From contig JABLTG010000002.1 of the NCBI GenBank assembly GCA_016618085.1, forward strand, positions 310,001 through 374,000: DNA of 64,000 nucleotides, in the 5' to 3' direction. This document shows, in pieces, positions 60,901 through 64,000 of the stretch. Each line of letters starts with the position of its first letter. The stretch's first letter is position 1. Source of the DNA: Neovahlkampfia damariscottae (taxonomy: Eukaryota). Under the pieces are notes generated by a model. That model made no database searches, was not told where the DNA came from, and saw only the letters and a program-made list of their open reading frames with translations. The position numbers and the translations under genes are program-made.

Positions 60901-63900
60901 CCTTTCCAACGGCTCTTGATTATGGTTCAGATGTTAATTTCACTTGTAAATATGGTCCAAATGAAACAAGATATGTCTTCACTTCTTTTGCAACAGTTGA
61001 TTCAAATGGAAGATTTTTTTGTTCTGTTCAATCAAATGAAGTTGGTCTTTTTTTCATCAGTTTGTGGATGAAAGCCAAATCAATAGACAAAAAAATTTCT
61101 TCCAAAGATGAAAATTTGTTCTTTTTGACTGCTGATTTCTTCACTCCTTCTTACGGATTTGCAACAGGAAATGAAAAAAGAACAATATTTAGTTATGATA
61201 GAATTGAATCAAATGTTACATTTTCAAACGAAAATTTAAGGAATAGATATAATTTCACATGTACAAAATATGCAATTAGTCAAACTTTGGATTGTATCAC
61301 TCCAGTTTTACCTTCAATCGATTTTCCTGTTTATTCATCTCATCCAATGATTTACACAAAAATAGATAAGGTATTGTCCATGTCCTGGATTGTTTATGAA
61401 AGAAGAGAAATTTCATCATTTTATCCAGAAGTTGCTCCTGCAAGCTCATCTGATTTTGAAATATCCATTTTCTTAGATCAACAAATGACCATATTTGAAG
61501 GATCATTATATTTGGTTGTTGCTCCAAAATCAAATGAAGATGAGCGATATAATCTTGGAAAATTAAACAATACTGTAAACGCATCAACTATCATCTCAAA
61601 ATTACCTGGAGGCACATATCCAATTGAATTGTTTTACTTTAATCCAAATTCTTTTGAGTTTAGATCCATGTTTTCAATTTCATCACAGAAGAACATTACA
61701 TTCTTGACAAAATCAACAATTAAATTTATTTCAGGTCAAAACATTCTATACCTTGATACAAAATCAAATGTGACAATAAAATTACTGGAAAAAGTGAATA
61801 TGTTAGATTTTCATCGTTCAAAGGTAACTTGTCGCTTAGGAGATACATTTCTTGAAACTTATTATAACTCTACCAATCCAGATGAATATGTTTGTTCAAT
61901 AACATCTTCAGTTGAAAAAATAGATTCAATCAAACTGTATTACAAAGATGAAAAAGCTTTAAATGGATCAATTGACATTTCAAAGAATGATTTGGATATA
62001 ATATTTGTAAAAGTTGAAAATGTTACCTCTGTTGCACCATTCGCATCCATACAATCATCACAAGAAGTATTCATCAACTCAACATTGAATCCAATAATAT
62101 ATGGATCTAAAGTTTCATATGCATGTTCGTTTAATAATTCAGTTTTTGTTGGATTTATTGAAGGGAATTATGTAAAATGCACAATTTCAACAAGTTCAAA
62201 TGTTGCTTTTTCTGAGCCTGTCAAATTGATTATCAAATCAGTTGAAACAGGTATCTGGTTATTTTTGACAAATAATAGAGACGAAAATACATTATTGTAT
62301 TTTTTGAAACCTTTGAATTCAAAATCTATCTATCCTTTCTTGCAAACACATAAAATTTCTGGAAATGGGTTTTTATCAGATACAATCACAATAGAAGTAG
62401 AATCACCTTTGATTTTGATTAAAGAAGTATATTGTAGATATGTGGATACTAATGGACATCAAAGACTGTCAAAAGCAAATTACAAAGAAGGAAACTCAAG
62501 CAAAATAATTTGTTCTATCGATAATTATGTATTTCAACAAGTGGTTCAAGATATACAAGTTAATTTGTGGTTAAATGCCACTCTTGGGTCTTCATTTGAT
62601 ATAACAAGTTTTTCTCAAACTTACTTGTTTGTGAGAGAACCACTACAGTGGGAATCACTAAAAGTTTTCAATCAAAATTCAACTGATTCACATGTGATCA
62701 ATTACACTAGAAAAGGAAACTTTATTTATTCAGTTGAAATGACTCCAAGTATTGGAACTGTAAACAAATCACTTTTAAATTGTGATTTTACAAAGAGTAA
62801 ACCGTCTTGTAACTTTACAGAGTCAAATATCAATTCAATATTGTATAATCCAAGTATATTGAACATTACATTTTTTGTTAAAGATTCTTCATTAAATATT
62901 GCTGCACCTGTGCTCGTTAATCCTGTTACTTACTATTCAAATGTTGATATTCAACATTTGAAACCATATGTAATATCATTTCATGAACATCAATTTCATC
63001 CAGCAAGAATCATTTCAAATGTCTATACAAAATTGAACTCAAGAGATTTTTCTTTTAAATGCAAAATCACATCAAATAATATGTCAGTTACATCTGAAAC
63101 TTCTTTCGATTTGAAGTCTTTTGAATATCAGAATGGATTGGATAAAGAATCACATTTTACTTGTTCATTCAATACTTTTGGTACATCCGAAACATTTGAT
63201 ATTCAACTGTTATTTGAGTCGGCTCAAGGAGATATTATTTTGACAAAAAAACCTGCAAAGATTAATGGAGTTAAAACAAAACCACCATTTTCACCGATTG
63301 TTGGATCAATATCAGGAGATTTTCAGATTGGGCCACTGTTTTTGTATTCACATCCAACTTCAGGTTATTCAAATTATACTTTAGCATTTAAATTAAGCAC
63401 TTATGTTGGTTATGTCGATATTCCTTGCTCTGGAAGTGATCTATCTGGATGTACGTTTCCTTCTCTGAAGAATATGTACACAGATTTGATAAAACCAAAA
63501 AAACTGAAACTTTTTATGTTTCTTGATTCTGTTCAAGCGATTTCATTCAATCCTTATGTCACATTGTTTCCTGAAATAAAAGTGAAACAAATTTTACCAT
63601 CGAAATTTATTTCAGCTAAAAAATCGAATGAAATTGGTGAACCTTTGAAATTCATTTTTGATTCTGAATTCAAATACTTTGGAGAAGATATAAAATCACA
63701 TTATTATTTGGGAACAAGTGAAGTTCCAGGAAAATGCACCATTGAAAGTTCAAAAATATTAACTTGTTCAGCACCATCATTTGATGAACCAGGAGAAGCA
63801 AGAATAAGTTTTTCCACAGGCCCAAATTCAAATGTCTATTACCTGAATTCAACATTGACCATTTTTGATGACAGTATCATTTCTGCCCTGGACACATCAA

Positions 63901-64000
63901 ATTCAATTTTGAACTTTGAAAGAAATACCTCTTTAACAATTTTGGGTGTCAATTTCTTGAATTCTGATATCAAACTTAGATTTTATGATAACTATATTGA
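51963..64000 (+). CDS. Giant secreted/surface protein: lectin-like beta-sandwiches, more than 20 EGF/tenascin repeats, LRR-like segment, IPT/TIG-like repeats (3'-truncated)
   Basis: Signal peptide; CSGHGxC..P..C.C..GY.G..C repeats at about 53470-55955; LNLRSN/LNLGFN/INLDGN; final exon begins at 59287 and no in-frame stop is reported before the window end. Confidence 0.92.

Noticed and set aside
9082..61587. Many short antisense or alternate-frame ORFs in the track (e.g. 9082-9393, 33236-33616, 37967-38605, 46776-47183, 54383-54910)
   Set aside because: Shadows of real genes caused by codon bias; no independent signals.

Overview
AT-rich, gene-dense eukaryotic DNA with the standard genetic code, very short GT-AG introns (about 26-45 nt) and intergenic gaps often under 100 nt. 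The gene content (DUF4116 repeats, giant EGF-repeat surface protein, SAM-RING proteins) suggests a heterolobosean, Naegleria-like amoeba; this is an inference. About 27 host genes were reconstructed by hand: GH31, GH38, AlaRS, ESF2, YEATS2-like, Vps39-like, MKP1-like phosphatase, PGM1-like ATP-grasp and others. Two things stand out. (1) A six-exon minus-strand gene (10853-15716, about 1562 aa) fuses an N-terminal cold-shock domain, an intact Cid1/TUT4/URT1-type terminal nucleotidyltransferase and an intact DIS3L2-type RNB exonuclease. It looks like a one-polypeptide 'tail-and-degrade' machine. (2) The first ~3.25 kb is intronless and virus-like, and appears to be part of an endogenous virophage/Polinton-like element. 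It carries a half-size Sputnik-MCP-like gene, an H-box/NC enzyme with xGG motifs, a GIY-YIG-zinc finger-F-box-like ORF and a duplicated ~41-bp promoter. Smaller points: back-to-back introns with a zero-length exon, a CCAAT motif next to most start codons, and a possible dual-targeted AlaRS. All family assignments come from motif recognition and memory, not database searches.
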